Translations under genes and position numbers: made by a program
The notes under the pieces: generated by a model
Told to the model about the DNA's origin: nothing
Database searches by the model: none
What the model saw: only the letters and a program-made list of their open reading frames with translations
DNA from: an uncultured Candidatus Saccharibacteria bacterium
GTDB taxonomy: Bacteria; Patescibacteriota; Minisyncoccia; CAIUEV01; JAHKAQ01
Direction of reading: 5' to 3'
Length of the DNA: 54,939 nucleotides
Assembly: GCA_964618065.1 (NCBI GenBank)
Contig: CAZTZK010000019.1
Span: forward strand, 1-54,939
Part shown: piece by piece, positions 46,161-54,855 of the stretch
Position numbering within the stretch: position 1 is the stretch's first letter
Layout: every line of letters begins with the position of its first letter

Positions 46161-47573
46161 ATGAAATATTTCATTACTACTCCTATTTTTTATGCGAATG
46201 CTAAACTGCACATAGCTCATGTTTATACAGGAGTTGTTGCCGACATTCTTGCTCGTTTTCATCGTCAAAAAAAAGACGATGTCTTTTTTTTGACAGGAAT
46301 GGATGAGCATGGAGATAAGATTTATAAAAAAGCCTTAGCAGAAGGTGGAGATCCTCAAAATTTTTGTGACCGAATTGCTCGAGAGGCTAAAAAAACCTGG
46401 AAAAGTCTAGATATTAGTTACGATAAGTTTATTCGGACTACCGATAAAGAACATGAAGAAGGTGTTCAATTTATTTTGAATAATTTATATAAAAAAGATT
46501 ATATCTATCAAAGGGATTATGAGGGACTTTATTGTGAGGGATGTGAAAAATTTATTACAAAAAAAGAATTGGTAAATGGCAAATGCCCCGAACATGACAA
46601 AAAACCGACTCTTGTGAAAGAAAAAAATTATTTTTTTAGATTAGCTAATTATTTACCTCAAATAAAAAAAAGCATAGATAGAGGGGAGCTTCTAATAAAA
46701 CCAGAAGCGAGAAAAAATGAAATTCTAAAAATTTTGGATCAGGGTCTAGAAGATTTTTCAGTATCGCGTGAATCTGCTAAATGGGGGATTGACTTACCTT
46801 TTGATAAAAAGGAAAAAATTTATGTTTGGGTTGACGCTCTAGCTAATTATATTACGGCCTTAAATTATGGTAAGGAAGAGAGGGAACAAGACCTTTTCGC
46901 CCGATATTGGCCAGCAGATCTTCATTTAGTTGGCAAAGATATCCTTAAATTTCATGCTATTTATTGGCCAGCTATACTTTTAGCCTTAAAACTCCCTCTG
47001 CCCAAACAGATTTACGCTCATGGTTTTTTAACCATTTCCGGAAAGAAAATGAGCAAAACCCTTGGCAATGTAATAGATCCTGATGATTTAGTCCGAAGAT
47101 GGGGGAGCGATGCTGTCCGTTATTTGTTAATTTCTCAATTTCCATTAGGAAAAGATGGAGATATTTCTCTAGCTAAGATGGAAGCTTCTTATAAAGCAGA
47201 TCTGGCCAATGATTTAGGTAACTTACTTCAAAGAACTTTAATCATGCTTAAAAAATATAAGATCAAACCGACAATTAATGATTTTGCTTTTAATGAAAAA
47301 AAATTTGTAAAGCATATGAATGATCTCGAGATCAATAAAGCGTTAGAAATGATTAAAACTATTATTAGTAGTAGCAATGTTTATATTGAAGAAAAAAAGC
47401 CTTGGAAATTATTCAAAGAAGACTCTCAAGCTGCTGGAGAAATTTTAAATAATTTATATTCTCGTTTAAAGATTATAAGTCGTTTGATCTATCCGTTTAT
47501 GCCAAAAACTTCTTTAGAAATAGCTAGACAGTTAAAAACGATGGATCCCGAACCAATCTTTAAGAAGAATTGA
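46161..47573 (+). CDS. metG: Methionine--tRNA ligase (short form, no C-terminal tRNA-binding appendix)
   Basis: 470 aa. TTPIFYANAKLHIAHVYT (HIGH-type motif), KMSKT, and a zinc knuckle read as CEGC-x13-CPEH (Cys3-His). Confidence 0.92.
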   Translation: MKYFITTPIFYANAKLHIAHVYTGVVADILARFHRQKKDDVFFLTGMDEHGDKIYKKALAEGGDPQNFCDRIAREAKKTWKSLDISYDKFIRTTDKEHEEGVQFILNNLYKKDYIYQRDYEGLYCEGCEKFITKKELVNGKCPEHDKKPTLVKEKNYFFRLANYLPQIKKSIDRGELLIKPEARKNEILKILDQGLEDFSVSRESAKWGIDLPFDKKEKIYVWVDALANYITALNYGKEEREQDLFARYWPADLHLVGKDILKFHAIYWPAILLALKLPLPKQIYAHGFLTISGKKMSKTLGNVIDPDDLVRRWGSDAVRYLLISQFPLGKDGDISLAKMEASYKADLANDLGNLLQRTLIMLKKYKIKPTINDFAFNEKKFVKHMNDLEINKALEMIKTIISSSNVYIEEKKPWKLFKEDSQAAGEILNNLYSRLKIISRLIYPFMPKTSLEIARQLKTMDPEPIFKKN

Positions 47574-47629
47574 TAATTTTAATTTATTTTTTAAAGAATT
47601 TCTAAAAAAATCTTTATTTTTTATTTTGT

Positions 47630-48511
47630 ATGCGTATTGCTTTTCCAAAAATTATTGATTCTCATGCTCATTTAAATCTACCTGAGTTTAACGAAGATAG
47701 AGAAAAGGTTCTAGACCAAACTCTAGATTCGGGAACTTGGGTTATTAATGTAGGCACTAATTTTGAAACTAGTCGTCAAGCGATTGAAATTGCTCAGCGT
47801 TATTCGCAAGGAGTCTATGCCTCTGTTGGAATTCATCCCATTTATGTTGAGGATGAAACATACAGCCAAAAGTGCATGTTAGATTTGATTCAAAACAATG
47901 AAAACGTAGTAGCTGTTGGAGAAATTGGATTAGACTATTTCCATATTAAAGATAAAAGGGGGAAAATAAAAAATTCAAATTCTTCTTCAGAAATTTCTAG
48001 AAGCGGTAAATCTCTTGAAGAAAAACAACAGGATCTTCTTCTGAAGCAATTAAATTTGGCAAGAATTTCAGGACTGCCTGTAATTTTTCACTGCCGCCAT
48101 TACAAAAATTACGATGCTCATTATGATTTATTAAAAACTTTGGAAAAATTTGCTACTCTCTATAAAGATTTTGTGTTACGTGGAGTAGTCCATTGTTATA
48201 CAGGGGATGCTCAATTAGCAAAAATTTATTTGAAACTGGGGCTTTATCTTGGTTTTACTGGGATAATAACTTTTTCTGATAATTACGATAAAATTATTGA
48301 AGAAACTCCCTTAGAAAGAATTCTTATTGAAACGGATTCTCCCTATTTATCTCCTGAGCCTAAAAGGGGGAAGAGAAATATCCCTGAGAATGTTAAATTT
48401 GTTGCAGAGAAAATCGCTAAGTTAAAAAAAATGAAAATTTCAAAAATAAAAAAGAAAACGCTAGGAAATGCTCAAAAACTTTTTTCTTTTAATGGAAATC
48501 ATCTTTTCTAA
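47630..48511 (+). CDS. tatD: TatD-family metal-dependent DNase/hydrolase
   Basis: 293 aa. IDSHAHL, GEIGLDY, VIFHCR, VVHCYTG, and IETDSPYL blocks. A Ser/Lys-rich insertion of about 20 aa follows GEIGLDY. Confidence 0.85.
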   Translation: MRIAFPKIIDSHAHLNLPEFNEDREKVLDQTLDSGTWVINVGTNFETSRQAIEIAQRYSQGVYASVGIHPIYVEDETYSQKCMLDLIQNNENVVAVGEIGLDYFHIKDKRGKIKNSNSSSEISRSGKSLEEKQQDLLLKQLNLARISGLPVIFHCRHYKNYDAHYDLLKTLEKFATLYKDFVLRGVVHCYTGDAQLAKIYLKLGLYLGFTGIITFSDNYDKIIEETPLERILIETDSPYLSPEPKRGKRNIPENVKFVAEKIAKLKKMKISKIKKKTLGNAQKLFSFNGNHLF

Positions 48512-48597
48512 ATATTTTTTCTCTCTTTAATTTTTTTAAATTATTTCCTCTCAAGCTATCCTCCTATTTGATTTATCGGAAATTTAGAGTTAATCTT

Positions 48598-48628
48598 TTG
48601 AATAACTGAGATCTTTATTTTTTAAAGT
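48598..48628 (+). promoter_or_regulatory. Candidate promoter for tRNA-Leu (TTGAAT-N17-TTTAAA / TAAAGT)
   Basis: TTGAAT at 48598-48603 with AT-rich -10 candidates at 48621-48628, a few nt upstream of the mature tRNA 5' end. Confidence 0.3.
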
Positions 48629-48631
48629 AGA

Positions 48632-48715
48632 GCCGCGGTGGCGAAATTGGTAGACGCGCCAGCTTTAGGAGCTGGTAGGATTTATCTTATGGGAGTTCGA
48701 GTCTCCCCCGCGGCA
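48632..48715 (+). tRNA. tRNA-Leu (anticodon UAG), class II with long variable arm, CCA not encoded
   Basis: The acceptor stem GCCGCGG pairs with CCGCGGC. The anticodon stem-loop is CCAGC-TTTAGGA-GCTGG (anticodon TAG). The variable arm is long and the T arm is GGGAG-TTCGAGT-CTCCC. The discriminator is A at 48715. Confidence 0.93.
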
Positions 48716-48744
48716 CTTTTAAAAGTTTTATGGATTATTAATAG

Positions 48745-51700
48745 ATGTCTGTTTTTTTAAAGCACTATAAAAAATTAAATCTCTCACAAAAGAAAGCTGT
48801 TGATTATCTTGACGGTCCAATTTTAGTGGCAGCCGGTCCCGGAACCGGAAAAACAGAAATTTTAGCCTTAAGAATAGCTAATCTAATCAGACGAAAAAAA
48901 GCTAAACCAGAAGAAATCCTGGCGCTTACTTTTAGTAATAGCGCTGTAGCATCCATGAGAAAAAGGACTGTTCAGTTTTTAGGGCTGCAAGCTTATAATA
49001 TTGAAATAAAAACTTTTCATGGTTTTTGCAATGAAGTGATAAATGATTATCCGGAAAAATTTACTTCTTTCAAAAATTTAGAACATTTGGACGAACTGGA
49101 ATCATTAAAAATAATTAAGGGAATTTTAAAACGAAAAAGTTTCAAACAAATAAAACCTTTTTATAATCCTTATCTTTATCAGAAAGAGATTCTTAGCACT
49201 CTGGGCGAGCTTAAAAGAGAAGGAGTTTCCCCGGAAGAACTTAGAGAAGCTTTAAAAAAGGAAAAAGAAAAACTTATTAGCTCTAAAAAGATAAATTCTA
49301 AAACGGGCAAACCAATTGGTAAATGGCAGGCTGCTTTTAAACGATGGGAAAGGTTAAAAGATCTTCTAGAAATTTATAAAGAATATTTAGCAAAAGGAGC
49401 CGAAAAAGACCGCTATGATTTTAGCGATATGATAATTTGGGTCACCGAACAGTTCAAGAAAGACTATGAATTAAAAAGTTCTTATCGTGATCGTTTTAAA
49501 TATATTTTAAGTGATGAATACCAAGATACTAACATTCCTCAAAATGAAGTAATTGAAATTTTGGGAAAGCCTGCTCAAAAACCTAATATTTTTGTGGTAG
49601 GAGATGACGATCAATCAATCTATCGTTTCCAGGGAGCTAGCTTAGACAATATTATTTCTTTTGAGAAAAAACATCCTGAAGCTAAAATTATCCCTCTAAA
49701 TATCAATTACCGTTCTCAACAAAAAATCGTGGCAGGTGCCAAAAGTTTGATCGAGAAGAATAAAGAGAGACTGGCCAATTTTACTCATCAGCAACTTGAT
49801 AAAAATATTAAATCATTTGCAGAGAAATCTAAAAAGGGGGAAATAACCCTCTATGAATTTCATGATGAGTTGGTGGAGAATTATTTTATCTCCCAAAAAA
49901 TTAAAGAATTGCATAAAAAAGGGATACCATTTAAAGAAATGGCTATTATAAATCGTACCAACAAAGACATTTCTCAAATAGCAGATTATCTTATTAAAGC
50001 CGGTATTCCAGTGGAAACTTCTAATGCTAATTCCATACTTGATGAAAAAGAGATAAGAGACATTCTAAGCATCTTATCAGCAGTTGTTAATCCTCAGGAT
50101 AATATTGCTATCTATGAAGCTATGAGTGTGGGAATTTGGAAAATTGATTCAATTGATTTTTTAAAATTTACCGTTCAAGCCAGCAGAGCGAGAAAAAAAT
50201 ATATTGATTTTTGGGAACAAAAAAATATCGAGAAAGGAAAAGAAAAAATCGCCTGGAAGGATTTTAAAAAAATAGACATTTTTTTTCAAAAGATTATTCA
50301 ATGGCATAAGGAGAGTATTCATTCTCCGGCAATTTTAGTATTAGAAAAAATTATTAATGAAGCTGGCTTAATTGAAGCTTGCTTGAAAGAAAAAAACATT
50401 AGGGAACTTAATAGAATATTTTCTCTATTCTCTTTTGTAAAGAAAAATAACCGGAAAAATATTTCTTTAAAATTAAAGGTCTTGTTAAAAGATTTGAAAA
50501 TTATGCAAGAAGATGAATTATCTATAAAAGAGAAAACGCTCTCTATGGCAGAAGATGACGTTCAAGTTATTACTGCCCATGCGGCTAAGGGTTTGGAATT
50601 TGAAGTAGTTTTTATCCCCCGCCTTTATCAAGGAAATTGGAGCGGCAAAAGAGAACATAATACCCTCAAGATTCCTTGGGAGAGTCTTTCTTTGTCTAAA
50701 AGAAACAGAAATGAGTCGGTAAAAGATGATGATGAAAGAAGATCTTTCTTTGTTGCAATGACTAGAGCTAAAAGCCAACTTTTTTTGAGTAGAGCAGATT
50801 ATTACGATTTTGCCGATAGTTTTGCCGATAGTAGCATAAAAGCTCCTTCCAGACTTTTAGAGGAGATAGAAGAAAATTTTTTTGAGAGGGGAAAAACTGA
50901 AAAATATGAAGATACATCCCTAGAGAGAATAAAAATAGAATTAAAAGAAAAACCGATTATCAATTCTAAAAAACGTTTAGAACAAGAAAATAATTTTTTA
51001 AGCCAACAAGTAGAAAATTTGGTCTTAAGTCCCACCAGCTTAAATCTTTATTTGCACTGTCCTCTTAAGTATAAATACGAGAAACTCTTAATGATTCCTA
51101 GTGCTAAAAATAAAACAGCTTCACTGGGGACATCTATTCATGCGGCTCTAGAAAGATTTTTTAGAGACTTTAAAGAAGGAAAGCCGGTCGGTAAATCTTC
51201 TCTGCTTACTTTTTTTAAAGAAGCTATTGCGCAGGAAATTTTTACAGCGGATGAATTAAAAGATGCCTTGAGAGAAGGGAAAAAAATGCTAGGCAATTAT
51301 TTTCAAGAATATAATAAAAGTTTTGTAAAACCGTTGGCTTTAGAGATGGATTTTGAAAAAGTTTATCTTCAAAAAATACCAACTTTAGATGTTGGTTCAG
51401 TAATGCTTACCGGGAAAATAGATAAAATTGAAGCGCTTAATCAAAAGATAAAAAATAAAAAGATCAAAACTCCCGTGAAAGTTATTGACTATAAAACAGG
51501 TAAATCTCAAACAAGAAATGAAATTTTAGGAAAAACAAAAAATTCTTCAGGAGATATTTATCGGCAATTAGTTTTTTATAAATTGCTTTCTCTCTTGGAT
51601 AAAAAATTTCCTTACTCCGTAGAAGAAGCCGAAGTGGATTTTGTTAAATCAGAAAATGGACGTTTTAGAAAAGAAAGCTTTCCGATAACTAAAGAAGAAA

Positions 51701-51825
51701 CAGCTAAATTGAAAGAAGAAATAGAATTGGTGGCTCAGAAAATAAAAAAATTAGATTTTAAACCTACTCAAGATAAAAGAAAATGTCAGCGTTGTGACTT
51801 TAAAAATATCTGCTCTCGTTTTTAA
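48745..51825 (+). CDS. UvrD/PcrA-type SF1 helicase fused to a C-terminal Cas4/AddB-like PD-(D/E)XK nuclease with Fe-S cluster cysteines
   Basis: 1026 aa. Helicase motifs are AGPGTGKT, SDEYQDT, VGDDDQSIYRFQGA, NYRS, ITAHAAKGLEFEVVFIP, and FFVAMTRAK. The C-terminal domain has LHCPLKY, GKIDKIE, VIDYKTGK, QLVFYKLL, and CQRCDFKNIC (1+3 Cys). Confidence 0.85.
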   Translation: MSVFLKHYKKLNLSQKKAVDYLDGPILVAAGPGTGKTEILALRIANLIRRKKAKPEEILALTFSNSAVASMRKRTVQFLGLQAYNIEIKTFHGFCNEVINDYPEKFTSFKNLEHLDELESLKIIKGILKRKSFKQIKPFYNPYLYQKEILSTLGELKREGVSPEELREALKKEKEKLISSKKINSKTGKPIGKWQAAFKRWERLKDLLEIYKEYLAKGAEKDRYDFSDMIIWVTEQFKKDYELKSSYRDRFKYILSDEYQDTNIPQNEVIEILGKPAQKPNIFVVGDDDQSIYRFQGASLDNIISFEKKHPEAKIIPLNINYRSQQKIVAGAKSLIEKNKERLANFTHQQLDKNIKSFAEKSKKGEITLYEFHDELVENYFISQKIKELHKKGIPFKEMAIINRTNKDISQIADYLIKAGIPVETSNANSILDEKEIRDILSILSAVVNPQDNIAIYEAMSVGIWKIDSIDFLKFTVQASRARKKYIDFWEQKNIEKGKEKIAWKDFKKIDIFFQKIIQWHKESIHSPAILVLEKIINEAGLIEACLKEKNIRELNRIFSLFSFVKKNNRKNISLKLKVLLKDLKIMQEDELSIKEKTLSMAEDDVQVITAHAAKGLEFEVVFIPRLYQGNWSGKREHNTLKIPWESLSLSKRNRNESVKDDDERRSFFVAMTRAKSQLFLSRADYYDFADSFADSSIKAPSRLLEEIEENFFERGKTEKYEDTSLERIKIELKEKPIINSKKRLEQENNFLSQQVENLVLSPTSLNLYLHCPLKYKYEKLLMIPSAKNKTASLGTSIHAALERFFRDFKEGKPVGKSSLLTFFKEAIAQEIFTADELKDALREGKKMLGNYFQEYNKSFVKPLALEMDFEKVYLQKIPTLDVGSVMLTGKIDKIEALNQKIKNKKIKTPVKVIDYKTGKSQTRNEILGKTKNSSGDIYRQLVFYKLLSLLDKKFPYSVEEAEVDFVKSENGRFRKESFPITKEETAKLKEEIELVAQKIKKLDFKPTQDKRKCQRCDFKNICSRF

Positions 51826-51912
51826 AGTTTTTTTAAATTGTTTTGCGAGTTTTTTTAACAGTATTTTTTTATACTGGGCTATAAGAATTTTTTAAAGAGA
51901 GGAGGTGATAAT

Positions 51913-52560
51913 ATGAAAAGTAAAAAATTTATAGCTTACTCCCCACATTTCTTTTCAAAGTTTTTTTCCTTTCTCAGGAGTAATAAAAGCAAATTCTTTT
52001 TGTTCGCTTTAGTAATGGTGGCTCTTGTCTTTGCTCTAAGTGTACGTTCCTATTTTTCTACCGAGGAAGGATCTTCTGGGAATAAAGTTTCTTTAGCAAC
52101 CTTGGATTTAGAAGTATCCGAAGAGGATGGATCTGTTTTAGCCCCTTTTGATTTTGGGAATATTTATCCCGGGTGGGATCATGAAATGAGAGGAAAAATT
52201 AGTAGTCTTAATTCAAGCGAAATGATTTTCAGAATAATGGTTAAAAATGGTAGTTTTGATTTCACGAGTTTAGCGAATGTCATTCTTTATGAGTTAAAGA
52301 TTGAGAACGATTTAGCTGTGCCAATTTATTCAAAGAATGGTTATTTAAAAGACTTGAATGAGGATAATAATTTTATGAATATTGTGATTGGTCCGGAAGA
52401 TTCTTTTGTCTATTCACTGAATTTAAAAGTTCCTTCAGATATTGATGATTGCACTACTCCGGAGAATGAAGACGATAATCAATACCAAGGAAAAAGTGCT
52501 CAATTTGATTTTATGATTCAATCAACTCAAACAGAGAATAGTTTCTGGCAAGGGTTTTAG
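51913..52560 (+). CDS. TasA/camelysin (peptidase M73)-like secreted fibre-type protein
   Basis: 215 aa. A hydrophobic anchor is followed by SYFSTEEGSSGNKVSLATLDLEV, a SipW-cognate-type N-terminal motif. FGNIYPGW and the C-terminal NQYQGKSAQFDFMIQSTQ parallel TasA blocks as I remember them. It has a strong SD (GGAGGTGA). Confidence 0.65.
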   Translation: MKSKKFIAYSPHFFSKFFSFLRSNKSKFFLFALVMVALVFALSVRSYFSTEEGSSGNKVSLATLDLEVSEEDGSVLAPFDFGNIYPGWDHEMRGKISSLNSSEMIFRIMVKNGSFDFTSLANVILYELKIENDLAVPIYSKNGYLKDLNEDNNFMNIVIGPEDSFVYSLNLKVPSDIDDCTTPENEDDNQYQGKSAQFDFMIQSTQTENSFWQGF

Positions 52561-52589
52561 TTATTTAATAAATTAATTAATAGGTAGAG

Positions 52590-53864
52590 ATGATAAGAAT
52601 TTTTGGGGCTTTTACTTCTCTTATGATGTTAGGAATTTTTTGTTTCGGCTTGAAATTTACTGAAGCTTATTTTTCTCAGAGTTGTTTGCTTGAAAATAAT
52701 AAAATTACTTTAGGAGACTGGACAGGTCCTGTTCTAGAGATTGTTCAAGCCCCTCAAGGAGATGTAGCTTATAGCAATTTAAGAATTAAAGTTAGGGGAG
52801 TTGATTCTTTTTCAACTTTAAAGAACTTTGAGTATCTTCTTTTTTCCCATAATCCAGAGAGTTTTTCTTCGGATCAAGTCAGCGAATTAAACTCCATTTA
52901 TTTTGAAGATGTTGAAAATAATATTTTGACCAGAGAAGTAGAAATATTTTTGCCCTTGGATAAAATAGAAAATTCAAGCCATAAACTTTGTGCTAGCGAT
53001 GAAATGTGGTGTGAAAATAAACCTTTACCGTCCGGAGAATATTATTTAATTGTTAGAGCTTATGATACAAGCGAAACTTTAGATTCTTCAGGTAATAGGA
53101 GCGAGGATTTAATTTACCAGTTTACTAAAAAAGACGCTCAAATTATTTGTGGATTGGCCTCTCTCAAAGCGAAAGCGGGGGAGGGAATTAATTTTCCAGA
53201 TATTGCTTGCTTAGCAGAACCAGAACTTAAAGAGATAAAATGGGATTTAGATAATTCAGACGGAATAAATTTAGATGATCCTGATTTAGTAGGCAACGCC
53301 CCTTTTTTGGAAGGAGGTATTTTAATCCCAGGGACTTACTCGGCTTTTGTAGAAGCTAAAAGTGTAGAAGGGAAGACAAAAAGTCAGTCATTTGAAATAA
53401 ATATTGGCAATCCCTCTCTCTTTTTTGGAGATCTAATTATTAATGAGTTTCTCCCTGATCCAATCGGAGATGATAAAGCGTTAGCTCCAGGAGGAGAGTG
53501 GATAGAAATTTATAATAGCTTAGAAACCGGTGTAGATCTTTTGGGGTTTATGCTTTACGACGATTATGACAACCATGATCTTCCTATTGTTAAAAATAAC
53601 TGCCAAGATTACTCAAGCGTTATCTTTCCCCATTCTTATAAATTAATTTATCGAAATGGTGATGCTGATTTTTCGCTTAATAATAGTGGTCCGGAAAGAG
53701 TTAGGCTTTTTAGTGGATTTATTGAAAATGAGAGTGTCCTTTTAGATAGTTGTGAATATTCAGAGAAAGTTCTAGAAGGTAATTCTTTGGCTAGAATCCC
53801 TGACTTAGGAGAGGAGTTTTATCAAATTAATCCTACTCCAGGTGAAATCAATAAAACCCCCTGA
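52590..53864 (+). CDS. Secreted/anchored protein with a TasA/TapA-type N-terminal motif, a PKD-like middle domain and a C-terminal lamin-tail domain (LTD)
   Basis: 424 aa. Anchor plus AYFSQSCLLENNKITLGDWTGP, then IKWDLDNSDG...PGTYSAFVEAKSVEG (PKD-like). The LTD blocks are LIINEFLPDPIGDD, GEWIEIYNS, VDLLGFMLYDD, and RVRLFSG. Confidence 0.7.
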   Translation: MIRIFGAFTSLMMLGIFCFGLKFTEAYFSQSCLLENNKITLGDWTGPVLEIVQAPQGDVAYSNLRIKVRGVDSFSTLKNFEYLLFSHNPESFSSDQVSELNSIYFEDVENNILTREVEIFLPLDKIENSSHKLCASDEMWCENKPLPSGEYYLIVRAYDTSETLDSSGNRSEDLIYQFTKKDAQIICGLASLKAKAGEGINFPDIACLAEPELKEIKWDLDNSDGINLDDPDLVGNAPFLEGGILIPGTYSAFVEAKSVEGKTKSQSFEINIGNPSLFFGDLIINEFLPDPIGDDKALAPGGEWIEIYNSLETGVDLLGFMLYDDYDNHDLPIVKNNCQDYSSVIFPHSYKLIYRNGDADFSLNNSGPERVRLFSGFIENESVLLDSCEYSEKVLEGNSLARIPDLGEEFYQINPTPGEINKTP

Positions 53865-53883
53865 CATTGCAGGGGGTTTTATT
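53853..53883 (+). terminator. Rho-independent terminator
   Basis: AAAACCCCCTG (53853-53863) pairs with CAGGGGGTTTT (53870-53880) around a 6-nt loop. The stem is GC-rich and runs into a T tract. It overlaps the TGA stop of the LTD gene. Confidence 0.8.
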
Positions 53884-53986
53884 AACTGAGTTTATGTTTA
53901 AACTGAGTAGCTTTTTAAAAAGGTGCGATGAAGAACATGCCTCGGAAATCTTTTATTTTTGTTCATTTTTGTTCTATCTATAATAA

Positions 53987-54006
53987 TGTAAATTAATTAA
54001 TTTACA
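53987..54006. repeat. Perfect 20-bp palindrome TGTAAATTAATTAATTTACA
   Basis: Read directly from the sequence. It spans the stop codon of the minus-strand gene ending at 54002. It may be a weak AU-rich terminator for that gene. Confidence 0.6.
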
Positions 54007-54655
54007 GACCCGGTACCTGCTGACTGAAAACTTTCAAGTTTTCTAGCTGATTTGAGGTCAATGTTTTAGCATCTTTTAGAGCTAACTCGATATCATTTTC
54101 GGAGAATGTTTTCTTCTCTCCTATATTTAGCTGAGAAGAATATCCCATTTTCTTTGCTAAATAGTCTTCCATGTATACTTTATGCTCTGCTGTTATAGAA
54201 GGATCATTATGATTATCTAGATACTGCTTGATTGCTGAACGGGCTAAAGTTGTTAAACTATCACCCTTAGCTGCTGTTACTTCATAAGATCCACCATCTT
54301 GGGAAATTATGGTTTCTTCTTGCTGAGGGGTTGTTTCCGTCGCTACCTCTTCCGTCGCTACCTCTTCTTCAGTAAATTCTTCTATTTCAGTAATTTCTTC
54401 TGAATCTGCCTCTTCTTCATCAGTTTTTCCCTCAATTATTTCTTCAATATTTACTTCTTCAGAAGTTTCTTCTGCTAAATTCTCTTCTGTTTCTTCAGCT
54501 CCTCTCTTTGAATAAGAATAAACACCCAAAGCAATTGCTAAAACAATAACTATTGATAGAACTATTCGAACATTGTCGTGTATCCAATTTTTGATTTCCG
54601 AAGGCCAGCCTTCTGAAGGTTCAGGGGCTTCGCCTTCATTCTTCATCTTATTCAC
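54002..54655 (-). CDS. Membrane-anchored protein with an acidic linker and a small C-terminal domain, unknown function
   Basis: 217 aa. Short N-terminus, one TM helix (IVLSIVIVLAIALGVYSY), a Glu-rich linker of about 70 aa, then a domain beginning YEVTAAKGDSLTTLARSAI, which is weakly LysM-like. Confidence 0.45.
   Translation of the reverse strand: MNKMKNEGEAPEPSEGWPSEIKNWIHDNVRIVLSIVIVLAIALGVYSYSKRGAEETEENLAEETSEEVNIEEIIEGKTDEEEADSEEITEIEEFTEEEVATEEVATETTPQQEETIISQDGGSYEVTAAKGDSLTTLARSAIKQYLDNHNDPSITAEHKVYMEDYLAKKMGYSSQLNIGEKKTFSENDIELALKDAKTLTSNQLENLKVFSQQVPGL
54337..54366. repeat. Perfect 15-bp tandem duplication (CCGTCGCTACCTCTT x2) inside the acidic-linker coding region
   Basis: Read directly from the sequence. 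It encodes the EEVAT-EEVAT repeat of the minus-strand protein. Confidence 0.85.
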
Positions 54656-54855
54656 CCCCTTTCATTTGTTTTTGTAGCATAATTTTAGTTCAGATAAATC
54701 TAAACCTCGACCGTTAGGCAATCCTAACAATGAAGCCTTGAAGTGTCAAGAAAATGTAAAAACAATTGCTTTTAATCAAAATTTATGATAAAAATTACTT
54801 TTCTTAAATTAGATTAAAAAATATTAGTCAGTTCTTTAAAAATGTCAAGGCAAAG

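Noticed and set aside
33336-51035. Small ORFs 33336-33542, 36129-36326, 37824-38006, 42619-42837, 44420-44614, 46074-46310, 50518-50778 and 50802-51035
   Set aside because: Each is nested in or antisense to a longer gene with family-level support. 42619-42837 extends slightly into a spacer but has no start context or recognisable family.
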